From NCBI GenBank assembly GCA_964016885.1, contig OZ024743.1, positions 167,090,001-167,154,000 on the forward strand: DNA of 64,000 nucleotides. Direction: 5' to 3'. Numbering within the stretch: position 1 is the stretch's first letter; every line of letters begins with the position of its first letter. Made by a program: the position numbers and the translations under genes. The stretch comes from Eledone cirrhosa. Its lineage: Eukaryota. The notes under the pieces are model-generated. The model did no database searches. It was not told the DNA's origin and was given only the letters and a program-made list of their open reading frames with translations. This document shows positions 36,523 to 49,849 of this stretch, piece after piece.

Positions 36523-39059
36523 CAGTGATACCTTGAGATACGAGTGAACTGACATACAAGTTTTTTGAGATACAAGCCATCACTCGGCTAATTTTTTGCC
36601 TTGTGATACGAGCTGAGTTTTGAGATACGAGCTAGCGGGTGCCTGAGAGGGGTGCAGAATTAATTTCGCCATTGAATTAATTTCGCCCGGTGAACCCCAA
36701 CCAAAGTTATTCCCATCGTTTATATCCGTAAAGTGACTAAAGATTAAAACAAATGTAATATATTTACGGTTAGGGTTGAATTGACTCTAACCCTAACCCT
36801 AACCGTAAATATATTACATTTGTTTTAGTCACTTTACGGATATAAACGACGGGAGTAACTTTTGTTGGGGTTCACCGGGCGAAATTAATTCAGTAATCCC
36901 CTGAGAGCGGTCAGTCCACGTGGTAACCTCGGCGCACGAGCATCTCTGTTGTGTTACTGTTGTGATTTTAGTTGCTTTTGGTTTATTTCGATAAAAATCT
37001 TAGTTTCAACCATGAGTCCTAAAAAAGTGAGTGCCTAGAACACTGGCGAGAATAAGAAAAGGATGATGTCTATGAAGAGATGGAAAAGTTGCTGTTGTGG
37101 TGGTTGACCGAGAAGCAGCTCACTGGAGATACCGTAACCGAGACCATCATCTGTGAGACGGCACGAGTTATTTATGGACATTTGGTGCGGCAGACGGCGG
37201 GATCATCCTCGGACGAGTCATTCAAAGCCAATCGGGGATGGTTTGATAATTTTAAAAAGAGGACTGGCATTCACTCCGTCGTCAGGCATGGTGAGGCTGC
37301 AAGCTCAGATTTTAAGGCAGCTGAAGAATTTACTTCATTTTTTGGTGAACTGGTAGAAGCCGAAGGATACATCCCCAGCAAGTCTTTAACTGTGACGAGA
37401 CAGTGCTATTTTGGAAAAAGATGTAAAGGAGAACGTACATAACAGCAGAGGAAAAGAGCTTGCCAGGCCACAAACCTATGAAGGATAGGTTGACCCTTGC
37501 ACTGTGTGCAAATGCGAGTGGCGATTTAAAGATTAAACCGCTGCTCGTAAATCAGTCGGAAAACCCCAGGGCCTTTAAAAGTCATAAGATTCTTAAAGAA
37601 AAACTGCAGGTTATGTGGAGGGCAAACCCAAAGGCATGGGTCACCAGGGAGTTTTTTGTGCAGTGGGTAAACCTGGTTTTTGGTCCTGCAGTTAAGTATC
37701 TTTTAGATAATAACCTGCCCCTGAAAGACCTACTCATCCTTGACAATGCTCCCGCACACCCACCAAATCTCGAAGATGACATCTTAGAAGAATTCAAGTT
37801 TATTAAGGTCTTGTACCTTCCAACCAACACCACCCCTATCCTTCAGCCCATGGATCAGCAGGTGATTTCGAATTTTAAAAATTTCTTCACCAAGCATCCC
37901 TTCCGGCACTGCTTTGAGGTTACGAAAAACACAAACTTCACCCTTCGAGAGTTCTGTAAAGAACATTACACTATCGTAGCCTGCCTCAACATTATAGACA
38001 TGGCCTGGCAGGGTGTTACAAGGAAGACCTTAAACTCTGCATGGAAGAAGCTGTGGCCCAAGGTTGTGTCCGAAAGGGACTTCGAAGGATTTGAACCCGA
38101 ACTCGAAGAGTTAGTGGAGGAGGAGATCGTGTCCATCGGAAAATCCATGGGCCTGGAAGTGGACGAAGGAGACGTCAACGACCTCGTCGAAGAGCACAAT
38201 GAGGAATTGACAACGGAGGAATTAAAGGAGCTACAGGATCAGCAGCATACAGAGAATTGGCAGGAAATTAATTAGGGGCCAGAGTCAGAGAGGTAGTAAT
38301 CCCTTCAAGTGAAATTAAGGAAATGTTGGGAATTTGGGAGAAACTTAATGATTTTATTGACAAAAATCATCCAGAAAAAGTTGGAACAAGTCATGCGTTG
38401 GCACTGTTTAACGACACTTGCCTCATTCATTTCAGAAACATTTTAAAAGGGAGGAAGAAATAAACCTCCTTGGACAGGTTTTTTATTGAAACGCCCTCAA
38501 AGCGAAGGCGAGGAAAGTGTGGCCAAAAAGCCAAAAGTCAGTGAATATGATGATGACAGTAACTGAAGTACCGTATGGTACGAAAAGAAAAAAAAGTAAA
38601 AAAAAAAATAGCAATTAAGTTTAGCGATTAAGTGTAGCATAGTGTGTAAGTTAAATGTAGCAATAAAAAATAGCATTAACTGCGTAGTGAGTAAGTCAAG
38701 TTAAGAGATAGAGCGCAAAACGAAAAACATTTACAGCCTCCCCCGTCATTCTCCTCTACCTCTGCCAATCTTTTTCGTCTCATCTTGAAGGTAAATACAC
38801 TTAATAAATCCAGTTTATTTCTTTACATTCTCTTTTATTATGATCTTATTATTTCATTATACATTATTTGTTATTTATAAAGTATATTTTGCTTATTAAA
38901 AACACGTAACATAAATAAATTGGTGTGGTTTTGGGGGGTCAGAACGGATTAGTAGCATTTCAGTTAATTTCAATGGGGAAAATTGATTTGAGATACGAGT
39001 AAATTGAGTTACGAGCTCGGTCACAGAACTAATTAAACTCGTATCTCAAGGTATCACTG
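36523..39059 (+). mobile_element. Tigger/pogo DNA transposon with pseudogenised transposase
   Basis: Perfect 23-bp TIRs CAGTGATACCTTGAGATACGAGT with TA TSDs. CENP-B HTH (ANRGWFDNFKKR) and DDE-1 (KDRLTLALCANASG, LILDNAPAHP, LQPMDQQVI). Early stop, N-terminal deletion, frameshift near 37380. Confidence 0.96.
36650..36900. mobile_element. Palindromic MITE nested in the Tigger 5' region
   Basis: About 100-bp inverted arms around a short loop with TTAGGG/CCCTAA units. Flanked by (c)ctgagag duplication. Confidence 0.85.
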
Positions 39060-39534
39060 TACATTGCTGCTATTTCTTTCTGTTAACTAAATGTGGTGTC
39101 TGTGAGTGTCCAAAGTATGTTTGAGCATGTTGAATCATAATTATTTTGTCAAAATCAATAGAACATCGAACAAAATTTCTTATGGTATTTGTTCCAACTT
39201 TATTACAATCTTAGTTCAAATTTTGCCTTGCATCCTTTCAAGGGTTGATAAAAAATAAAGTATGAGTCAAGTAATGGGGGTGGTTTAATTGGCTATCCTA
39301 TCCCCCTAAACCTATGGCCAAGTGTCTATTATAAAATAATTATTATAAAGGATGTGTTTGAAAAGATGTCAGAATTAGTTGAGCACTGGAAGAATTGGTA
39401 GAGCTTCTTTGTATTTAGTTACATCGTTGTTTTATTGAGATTTTTTTTATTTCTGGCCTAAATATAGAATAAATACTTGTGAAGTATTAAGATCCTTTTT
39501 TATTATCAACTATGTTCCTTTTAAATTTATGAAT

Positions 39535-39730
39535 TACAGAGGAACTGTTAGAACATTGGGCAAAATGCCTTGTGATATTTGTTCCAGTCATTTACGTTGA
39601 TTCCATATTCTGCCAAGGTCAATTTTGCCTTTCATTGTTTTGGGGTTGATAAAATAAAGTACTTGTCATATATTGTGTTTGATATTTCCCCCTCCTTCCA
39701 AATTTCTGGCTTTGCGCCTATGTTAGAAAC
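39535..39730 (+). mobile_element. Old diverged SINE related to family 1
   Basis: gccaaggtcaattttgcctttcat...ggggttgataaaataaagtac core. Similar relics at about 29510-29640 and 39150-39340. Confidence 0.6.
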
Positions 39731-39801
39731 ATGTGCAAGTGATGTGAATCTTTATTGTTTACTATTATTATACTTCTTTCTTTCTTCCTCTTTATCAACA
39801 G

Positions 39802-39989
39802 CAAAATATTTGTTTTGTGGATGATTCCTTTCTACCATGTCCAAAATCCATATCCTGGTTACCTCAGTGTCCTTATATAAATGATTATATACAATGGCTT
39901 CGACCATCTTCTATATCTTCGCGAAGTTGGACTGTCTATGAAAATCCTAAACCAGATGATATTGTCCAAGGAAAAATTGGAGATTGCTG
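39802..39989 (+). CDS. SOL/calpain-15-like gene exon, start of CysPc protease domain with catalytic Cys
   Basis: Absent from the ORF track. Long polypyrimidine tract then caacag|. Translates QNICFVDDSFLP...QWLRPSS...WTVYENPKPDDIVQGKIGDC(W). Donor TG|gtaagt, phase 2. Confidence 0.95.
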
Positions 39990-40863
39990 GTAAGTAATAG
40001 TTTTCCTTTACTCATTTAATACAGATATTTACTTTTCTTATGCAAGTGTGAAACAATGGACGTAAAATGATGATGAGTGGAGATCTCAAGTTTGACTTAG
40101 AGGAGGAAGAGCAGCTCATATGACCCTTTTCAGGGCCTCTGTGATTGGAATAGGGGTGGAAGTTATCCTCAGACAGGATACCTGGTTCAAATGCTTGTAG
40201 CAGTGACACCCAATAGCCAAGTTGAACTGAGCAGTTGATTAAATCTATCAATGTGCTATTCACACTAAGAATCACATAAGTGAATAATTATATATATATA
40301 TGTATAAGTATGTCATACCTTGATACCATGTGAATTCAGATCCTCGTTGACAAGCCTCTGATATAAGTGTTCCTTAGTGGTTTAGGCTGTTAATGCAATT
40401 AATCATCTTCGTTAATATTCTTAGGTGTATTTACGTTCATTTTTGGGCAGTTGACGATCTTATTTACATATTTATGAGAATCCTGTCACACCTTTCAGAT
40501 GCATAGGGCTCTTAAGAATTCACGTTACATTAGTTTTGTGAATTTATTGTAGTTTTATAGGCAGTCTTTTTTTTTTTTTTACATTGGACTTGATGCCAGT
40601 CTTTTACAATAACCTTACTATTGGTGGGACTGCTGCAAAGTGGAGAATTTGAAATTAGAACCCAATAGCCAGAACAGATGCCGCAAGCAGCAGTGGCAAT
40701 TTTTTGTTTTTATGAGCGGGACATATTCAACTGACTTGAACTCTTTCCACTCACTTAGGCCTCTTGGCAACAAATTGCTAGAATCATTAGAAGGAAGAAA
40801 TTTTTGCTTTGCATTCATTTGTACCATTGTTGTCATTGCTTTATCTCTCTGTTATATTTGAAG

Positions 40864-41044
40864 GTTGATGTCAGCATTGGCAGTTATTTCTGAGCGTAGA
40901 GAATTAATTGAAAATTTGATTCCTAGTAAATATAGCAAATATGGAGTGTATCATATTCGTTTATTTCGTGATGGTCAGTGGAAGATGGTTATAGTAGATG
41001 ATTTACTTCCTTGTGACAAAAGTGGGAAACTCATGTTTTCTAAG
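40864..41044 (+). CDS. SOL/calpain-15-like gene exon (CysPc)
   Basis: Acceptor tttgaag|G completes Trp. Translates LMSALAVISERRELIENLIP...GVYHIRLFRDGQWKMVIVDDLLPC...LMFSK. Donor |gtaagt, phase 0. Confidence 0.95.
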
Positions 41045-41579
41045 GTAAGTTTCTTATATCTTTCTTATATCTTTGTCACAGATCTGTTACTACTGTTGTT
41101 GAGCTACAGACCGACCCATGAGGAAAGGTATTCCAGCCAATACTATCTTGTCTTTTTAAGACTGTCTAAGATTACACTAAAGTATGTATTGTTTCTTTCA
41201 AAAGACAGTAGGGTGTGATTTGAGTTTTTACCTGTTATTCCTAACAGGTTGATTGACCGTATAGAAGCTCCTCACTGGCTCAGCCTTCTTGTTGGTTCTA
41301 TTGGTTATTGTTTAACTTCAGATTAGTTGTGATTGAATAGAACAATGATTAAAAGCCTTCCAGCTGTGTTTACCCCATTCTTCACTAGATACATTGCATA
41401 TCTCCCCACCCTTTGGTTCATTCATCCATATATCTATAATCACCCAGAATCAAAATCTTATTCATAATTGTTTTTCTATAATTCTGTCTCACTGTTCTAA
41501 AAATCTTCTCCACGTTGTTCTAAATAATCTTCTCGCTACCATTTTGGCCGAAAAATTTTTGCAGGATTCATAGAAATGG

Positions 41580-44500
41580 CTTCTCTCTCTCTCGGCCCTC
41601 TAAAATCGCTTTCACCCCCACTCTCTCTCTATCATATACGTCGCTCTCTCACTCCCTCTCACTCCCTACACACCAAATATAAATAAGCCTGCTCCTCGCT
41701 AACTACCCCATACCCTTCCCTCCCGCCCCCACTCTCCACCTTATTATTTGGACCAATCACAAGTCAGCAGCCTATGCTATCACTTCTGGTTGCTTTTCAA
41801 TATGATGGATGGACTAAGAAATTTCAGGAGAACTGAAAAATCTGGACACCCGAAGACAATGCCAAAGATAACGACAAATTCACCTCATGCTACCGGACTA
41901 AAGGGCAAGGCCCCCTCCTCTTTGTTGCGGCCGCGGATGGCCAACATAATCCCAACTCCATCCACTTCACCCCTCCCTGCGCCCCACCCACCAAACGCAA
42001 TCCAAAACTTCAGAGTTGGTACCATGAATGTAGGCACCTTAAAAGGCCGCTCTAACGAGGTTGTAGAAATGCTTGAACATGATGTTTGCTGTATCCAAGA
42101 GACCAAGTGGAGGGGCGGGTCTGCTAGATTCATTGTGGGTAAAAAACGATGCTATAAGCTTTTCTGGGTGGGAAATGACAATGGGCTGGGTTGGGTAGGA
42201 ATCATGTTAGCAGAAAAATGGGTGGATAAGATAATAGACGTAAATAGAGTGAATGACAGAATAATTAAAATAAGACTTGTTCTAAATAGAACTACTGTGA
42301 CGGTAATATCTGCGTACGCGCCCCAATCCGGACTGCCTGGCGCTATAAAAGACAGTTTCTATGAGACACTGATGCTCACTACCTCCCAAATAACCGACAG
42401 TGACTATATAATTATTGCTGGCGACCTAAATGGTCACGTTGGACAACATTGTGACGGCTATGATGGAATCCACGGAGGCTATGGGTTTGGTACTAGAAAT
42501 GAGGAAGGCTCCAGAATCCTGGAATTCTGTGACGCAAATAACCTAACTATCTGTAACACTAACTTCAAAAAACGAGACAATCACTTGATCACCTACAGAT
42601 CAGGGGAACATACCAGCCAGGTAGATTATATCCTTACCAGAAGACGTGACAGAGTGTCTGTTGTAAACACTAAATCCCTCCCCCATGAAGAATGCACCTC
42701 CCAACATAGACTGATAATTAGCGACCTCATAGTCAGGACGAGACGTACTCGACAGCAGAAGAGGACTATCCTCAGGAGAAAAATATGGAAGCTAAAGGAC
42801 CCCACAGCCAGAAATAAATTTAAAAGCATATTACTTGATGCTTTCGACAGTAAGGAAGAGCACTTAGAGTCGTACAATATAGAGGAACAGTGGGAATTCC
42901 TGAAAGCAAACCTGCTGATGGCGGCAGACGAAGTCTGTGGCTGGAGTAGGCCTATAGGCAGGAGGAGAGTAACATGGTGGTGGAACAGTAAGGTGGAGGA
43001 GTCAATTAAGGCCAAAAAGCAGGCTTGGAAAGTATGGCGGGATGGGGGAAGTAGAGAAGACTATCAAGTGGCCAGGAGGGAAGCTAGGAGACAAGTGTAC
43101 TTCTCAAGAAGGGAAGCAGAGGAAAGAAAGTTCAAGCATGTTCTACAACGCAAGGACCAAAAACGTGAGGTGTTCAGGATTGCTAGGCAATGTGTCAAGG
43201 AAAACCGTGATATTGTCGGGGAGAAGTGTGTACTTAATGATGATCGTGTACTTGCCATCACTGACGCTGATAAGAAGGTAGCTTGGAAGTGTCACTACGA
43301 AAGGCTACTAAATGAGGAGAATAAATGGGAGAAAGACAGTCTCCCCCACATCGATCCAATAGAGGGACCAGCAGTGTTAGTCGAAGGTAGTATAATAAGT
43401 AAGGCAATCAAAGATATGAAGATGGGTAAGGCGGCTGGGCCTTCGGAAATAGTTGCTGAAATGCTGAAAGCCTCTGGAATGGTGGGACACACCATGGTCA
43501 CCCGCATAGTAAACCAAGTCATACAGAATGGGGTTGTTCAGAAGGACTGGCGTAGCAGCATCATCATTAACTGCTACAAGGGTAAAGGAGATGCCCTAGA
43601 TAGGAGTAACTATAGAGGCATTAAATTAATCGACCAGGTCATGAAGGTCACGGAAAAAGTAATAGCGCAACTAATCAGAGAGAGAATTGATCTAGATGAA
43701 ATGCAGTTCGGGTTTGTGTCAGGAAAAAGTACCACAGACGCTCTTTTCATTGTACGACAACTACAGGAGAAGTACCTAACTAAAAGTAAACCCCTATACT
43801 TAGCTTTTGTCGACTTGGAGAAAGCCTTTGACAGAGTCCCCCGTTCCATTATCTGGTGGGCTCTTAGAAAACTAGGTGTTGCTGAATGGCTTGTGAGAGC
43901 TATACAAGCCATGTATAAAGAAACAGTCAGCAAGGTTAGAATTAACAACGAATATAGTGAAGAGTTTAGCGTAAAAGTTGGTGTTCATCAGGGCTCCGTT
44001 CTTAGCCCCCTACTATTTATTATTGCCCTTAAGGCTATAACAGTGGAGTTCAAGACCGGCTGCCCATGGGAACTCCTATACGCAGATGATCTAACGCTCA
44101 TAGCTGAATCAATGGCCGAACTAGAGAAGAAATTCCAAACATGGAAGCACGGCCTAGAATCAAAAGGCCTTAAAATTAACCTGTCTAAGACTAAAGTTTT
44201 AGTTTGTAGGAAGGAAAATAGGGCGCCGGTCCCATCCGGGAAATGGCCATGCTCAGTGTGTAGGAAAGGAGTAGGTAGAAACTCCATTTTATGTCCCAAA
44301 TGCAAAGTATGGGTGCATAAAAGATGTAGTGGGATCACAGGTAAGCTAACTAAGAACATAGATTTTACATGTGGCCGGTGCTCTGGTGCAATAAGTAGCA
44401 GCAAGTGCCCACAGAATACTAGCTCTTTCAATTGCACAGAGGGTTCTATAGAAATAGTGGACAGCTTCCGTTACCTGGGTGACAAAATCAGCAGTGGGGG

Positions 44501-45428
44501 AGGGTGCTCTGAAAGTACAGTAGCTAGAGTCAGAACTGGATGGAAAAGTTCAGAGAGCTTATACCACTATTAGCCGCTAAAGAGTTCTCCCTAAAAATGA
44601 AAGGTAGGCTGTATGATGCCTGCATACGAACAGCAATGTTGCATGGCAGTGAGACCTGGGCATTGTGTGCAGAGGATATACGCAGACTAGAGAGGAACGA
44701 AGCTTGCATGCTCCGCTGGATGTGTAATAGTAATATACGTGAACGGCAAAGCATTAACGAACTAAGGGAAAAATTAGAAATAAGAGGGATCAGATGTTGT
44801 TTACTCGAGAGAAGGCTACGTTGGTATGGTCATGTGATGCGCATGAAAGACGACAGCTGTATAAAAAAGTGTAGAGCAATAAAAATAGACGGTAGCCATG
44901 GAGTAGGCAGATCCAGAAAAACCTGGGACGACTTGATAAATTCCGACCTCACACACTTACACCTCTCCAAGACAATGTCACTGGACCGAGACCTTTGGCG
45001 GTACTCAGTAATAGAGAAGACCCGCCTTACCTAAATACAAAGTAAAACCTACTACAGTCAGTAGGCACCTCTAACAAAATACACCCCCCGTCCCACTACC
45101 TCTACCCCATCCACACCGCCCCTTTCAATGTAAAGTTATGTTGGTACCACAACATCCAGTCCGAAAAAAATGAGGTCGTGTAGGTGTCACAACAAAAAAA
45201 CACACAGTCCACGCTGTAATGTGGCCGTGTAGGCAACACGGTAAAAACCTCCCAGTCCACTCTGTAAATGTGGTTGGTGTTAGGAAGGGCATCCAGTCGT
45301 AGAAAACCCGCCAGACAGTCCTATGCGAGCAAGACAACCACTCTTGCCTCAAGTGGGAAAACTCCCGTCCAAACCCATGTAAGCGTGGAACATGGACGTT
45401 AAACGATGATGATAATGATGATGATGAC
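41580..45428 (+). mobile_element. Near-intact full-length RTE LINE (subfamily A) in a calpain intron
   Basis: Pyrimidine-rich 5' region (start approximate), APE-RT ORF, 3'UTR, (GAT)n tail. Confidence 0.96.
41802..45034 (+). pseudogene. RTE APE-RT polyprotein with a single frameshift near 44545
   Basis: ORF 41748-44573 (first ATG 41802) continues as ORF 44540-45034. Reads tggAAAAgttc here against tggAAAAAgttc in sister copies at about 52045 and 61341. Confidence 0.9.
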
Positions 45429-46819
45429 ATCCCCTCTTTAAGGATGGTAGGGTGCTGAAGATTTCACTGCTATATTTGGCAGGTTGAGTGACTGTATAGT
45501 GGCTCCTGTGTTGGTTTGTGTTGATATGAGTGAATGCTTTGTCAGGACTTTTTGAGGTAGTGTTTTAAGGCCAGCTGCTCTTCCTGACACCAACCATATA
45601 GTTACCTCTTATGATGCACAGGGGTGGGGTGTACCTATTCTAAAAACTGGGATTCACACTCAGTACACACACACACGTTATCATCATTAAATGGACGTAT
45701 AATCATAATAATGATGTGTGTGTATATACTGGTGTAAACAGTTTGTATTTAAGTCCATAAAGGAAGCTAACTCTGGTGAACTTGGCCATTCAATAGGGAT
45801 TGATAAAATAAGTACTAGACTAAGTATTGGAGATGATATAATTGACTAAAACTCTTCACGGTGGTGTTCCAGCATAGCCTCAGTCTAATGACTGAAATCA
45901 GTAGAAGAATAAAACAGTGTTTTTGCTGATGCAGGACAACACTAGTTATATTTACATTTACAAAATAAATTATATTATGTGTTGCTTAATGAAAAAGTAT
46001 AAATTTGTATGACTGTTTTAATTAAGTTTCAAATTAAATCAGATTACTTCTTTCGTCTAATGTCTATTCCAAAATGTCCAGTGATGCAATACCTTCATTC
46101 TTAAGTGGTTCAATTCAAGCTAACTTGAGAGTATAGTAGTTATTTCCTTCATAATTATTTCTACTACTGACTGATTAGTGGCAGGGTTTGGTGCTCGTGA
46201 TGATGATGGTGGTGGGGTGGGGGTAATGCTATTGGTGGTGATGGTCGTATAAGTTGTGAGGTTGGTGTTTGGCGGTGATGATGTTGAAAATGCTGATGAT
46301 GGTGCTGCTGTTGTTGCCGCTGCTGTTTAACCCCAGATTGGCCATGCTCAAGCAGACTTATGATCAGGCAGTTTGTGACCCTCTCGTCTATTTTTAGGGT
46401 ACAGTGCTCCTAAACTTACATTATCTAGTACTTCGTTCTTTGTTATAATCGTAGGGTTTTATTTGCAAGAAATATACCTGCTAATGAACCATATAGAGGC
46501 TCTTTCTTTGATGTCATTAATGCCATCAAAACAAGCCAGAGTGTAGAATTACTAGTTGCAAGTGAGCATTCTACTACTGACCAACCAATATATAGTAGTG
46601 GTGTTAGTGATGTTGCTAGTTGTACCCGTAATACTGATAGTATGTCAGTTCCAACAATGAGTGTTCCAGTTGATTTGATCAGCAGATCAGCTTACTCATG
46701 GCATTAACATGCAAGTGGCTAAACATTCCACAGACAAGTGTACCCTTAATGTAGTTCTCAGAGATTCAGCATGACACAGTGTGTGACAAGGCTGGCCCTT
46801 TAAATTAGAAGTACAATTT

Positions 46820-46950
46820 TTTTTTCAGCTGAGTGGACTGGAGCGGCATGAAATAAAATATTTTGTTCGAGGACACAATGAACGACTGAGAAAATAACTC
46901 ATGACCTTACTGAATGAGCTGAATACCCTAACCATTAGACTATGCATCCT
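46820..46950 (-). mobile_element. Diverged SINE, family 2
   Basis: cagctgagtggactggagc...gaaataaa...ttgttcgaggacacaa, homologous to 14395-14527. Confidence 0.65.
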
Positions 46951-47500
46951 CACAATGCTGATGGCAATGGACATTAATACTGCCAACAGAGGTGGTTATG
47001 GTGCTTTACCCAATTATTAGCATTTTGGTGGGTCCCATAACACATTTTGTGATAGCAACATCAGATTATTTATATATACTTTATCAAGGGGCAAGAGAGT
47101 TTGGCAAGAGAAACATCAATTTTACAGTGTTGTAGCTTATAGCAGTATGTTGTTCTTGCTCTATAGTGCCTCTTTACATCTAGGTAGACCAGGCCATTTG
47201 AGAATTATTTCAGTCATGGATACAACATAGTGCCAGTGATAGGAAATGAACCATGGTCTCTGGACTCATTGTTGCTACTCAATTATTTTTGCCATCATAC
47301 TAAATATTTTTAACTCAATCCTTCTTTCTCAAGACTACTTCCCCCTAGAACTCCATCACTGCCCATATTTGTCTACTGTCACCATTATACATAAGTTATG
47401 CAATTTGTTTTGGTTAAAGAATAAAATAGCCTTACTGCCATGTATAAAAAGCAGTTTTAAAGTTGAAATTAATATCGCTTTGGTGTTTCTTTAATTACAG

Positions 47501-47648
47501 GCTGATCGAAACCAGCTATGGGTTCCACTGATTGAAAAAGCCATGGCAAAACTATGTGGTTGTTATGAAGCTTTGGCAGGTGGCACATGCCATGAAGCTC
47601 TGCAGACTCTCACTGGGGCTCCTTGTCTAAAGATTGACTTAGAATCTA
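47501..47648 (+). CDS. SOL/calpain-15-like gene exon (CysPc)
   Basis: Acceptor ttaattacag|. Translates [49 protein letters not shown], matching the calpain LW..L.EKA.AKL.G.YE.L.GG motif. Donor A|gtgagt, phase 1. Confidence 0.95.
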
Positions 47649-48079
47649 GTGAGTTCCATAAATTGTCTTTCTTTTTTTTAGTTTAAGTATAGCTATCATT
47701 AGATGTACTTTATAAGGTAACGTGTGTGTTTGTTTGTGTAAATTCTTTTATTCTTTTACTAGTTTAAGTCATTAGACTGCAGACATGCTGGGATACCACT
47801 TTGATTTAGTTCAGATTACCAACCCCAGTACTTATTTTTCTTAGTTTGGTACTTATTTTGTTGATCTCTTTTTGTCAAATCATTAAGTTACAGGATATAA
47901 CTGCAAACATAAGAATGGGGACACACGCACTCACACACACGTGTATATATCATCATCATATTGGCATAAAATGATGATGATATATTCTTTCATGCTGATG
48001 TTTTTGTTCTCACTAAAAACAGCTACCTCGCTTCTCTCACTAAAACAGCAGTATGCCGACATACCACCAATGAGGACAC

Positions 48080-48510
48080 ACACCTTAGGGGTAGCACATG
48101 TTATCTAAACCTACTGCATTTCAATGAGAGAACTACTGTGCTATCTGCCTAAACATACAACTAGCACACACAATACCTTCTCTGAGAGACTACTCTCCAA
48201 AATCCAACCCTTATACACAAATGGTATATGCACATTCATTAACTGTTCTATCAACAATGCAGAAATGCACATAAAATCGTATGTGGTTTACAAGATTGCC
48301 TGCAAAAAATGTAGCTCATGTATTGGAAACATTGTCTGGAAGCTACACATACAGATCAAAGAACACACAACCACAAATGTTTCCTCTGTCAAAAAACAGC
48401 CAGAGAAATGCCACATTCGAAATATTGGAGTCACTGAGAGAAACATGGGTAATTTACAAATAAAAGAAACTCTTATTATATACAAATATATGCCAAACAT
48501 TAACAACTGA
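48080..48510 (+). mobile_element. Degenerate Penelope-like GIY-YIG fragment
   Basis: KSYVVYKIACKKCSSCIG...LHIQIKEH...LQIKETLII....PNIN. Confidence 0.65.
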
Positions 48511-49494
48511 GTTACATGGAGCAGACTGGTATGTACATGTCACATTTCCACCAATGGTCAATCACACAACAAAGAAGATTATAGAAACAAGATGTTTTGA
48601 CTTTTCTTCATTCATCATTTGAATAGACCTTGAAATATCATGTAATATGGGTAAAAATATTTTATTTTGTCATTCTTATTTTTCTCTACTCTAGTTCCAT
48701 CTTTATATTTCCTATTCACATTGTACTGGCTTTCCCAATATTTTCTTTATTAAATAATAAAAAGTCTTTTCATTATTTAATAAAGAAAATATTGGGAAAG
48801 GACAGGATATGTTACAGGTAAGTTGTGCAAAGGAGGAAGGGAAATAAAGACTTTTTTTTTAAGAGAGGAGAGTGAAAGAGAGAGTGAGCTCTTGCACTGG
48901 TAAGTAAACAGTTAGTTAATCAAAGAATGATTTGAATATGTTAAAAAATCTTCTAAATAAGATGTCCTCACCAAATCTTCAGAATTTTATATTAACCATT
49001 TGTAGAATGGTGAAATTCAACAGTTATTTTTGCTAGCCAACCAACCATTTCTAAATTAATTCAGAAAGAACAGTTGCACTGTTATTGTTATTCAAGGTTT
49101 CCTTCTTATTTTTTCTTTTTCTATCTGTCTTCCTCAAGTGTATGTGTTGATGTCTTATAACTATTTCTGATAATAAGGCAGGAATAAGTTGTGAGTCAGT
49201 TAAAATGACGTTTCTCACTACACATACACCGTCAAATTTTTTTGTTTAGTCAACATTTAACAATGCAGCATTTGGTCAACTTTTAGCAGAGCAATGTTTA
49301 ACCAGTGTTTAACAGTGCAACATTTAGTTGACATTTAATAGTGCTGTATTTTATCAACATAGCTTAGTGGTCTAACTTGTCAAAAACTTTTTAAAGATTA
49401 TTATAGACAGTTCCCACATCATTTTTGCTCCCCACTCGCATTTCATATTTACATGACTATATTTACAATGCCAATACATAGAATATATACAAAC

Positions 49495-49785
49495 AATAGA
49501 ACCTCGGTTCACAAACTCACAAACTTAATTCGTTCTTTAAGGCCAGTTGTCATCTGAAATGTTCGTAAACCAAAACTATTTTTCCCATACAAAATGTTGA
49601 GAGAGAAACTGTATATGAAAGATAGATAGATAGATATCACCATAGTAAGTGATTCTTTCCCGTTGATACTCTCAGCTTGTGTGTTCATTACTCAAGACAC
49701 TGTTTGTCAACCGAGATGTTCGGAAAAATTGTTCATGAATCGATTTGTTTGTGATGAGAAGAGTCCATAAACCAAGGTTCCACTA
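49495..49785. mobile_element. Degenerate Tigger-like MITE
   Basis: Imperfect TIRs aatagaacctcggttca / aaaccaaggttccactat with internal gttcgtaaacc repeats. Confidence 0.5.
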
Positions 49786-49849
49786 TTTACAATACTAGTG
49801 CATGAAATAAATATATATTTACAATACTGTATATGTCAATTGTTGTGCC

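Noticed and set aside
36765-36805. Interstitial telomere or fusion site
   Set aside because: Only one to two repeat units per side, inside a MITE with a TSD.
37080-38275. Domesticated TIGD/CENP-B-like host gene
   Set aside because: TIRs and TA TSDs are intact while the ORF has a stop, a deletion and a frameshift.
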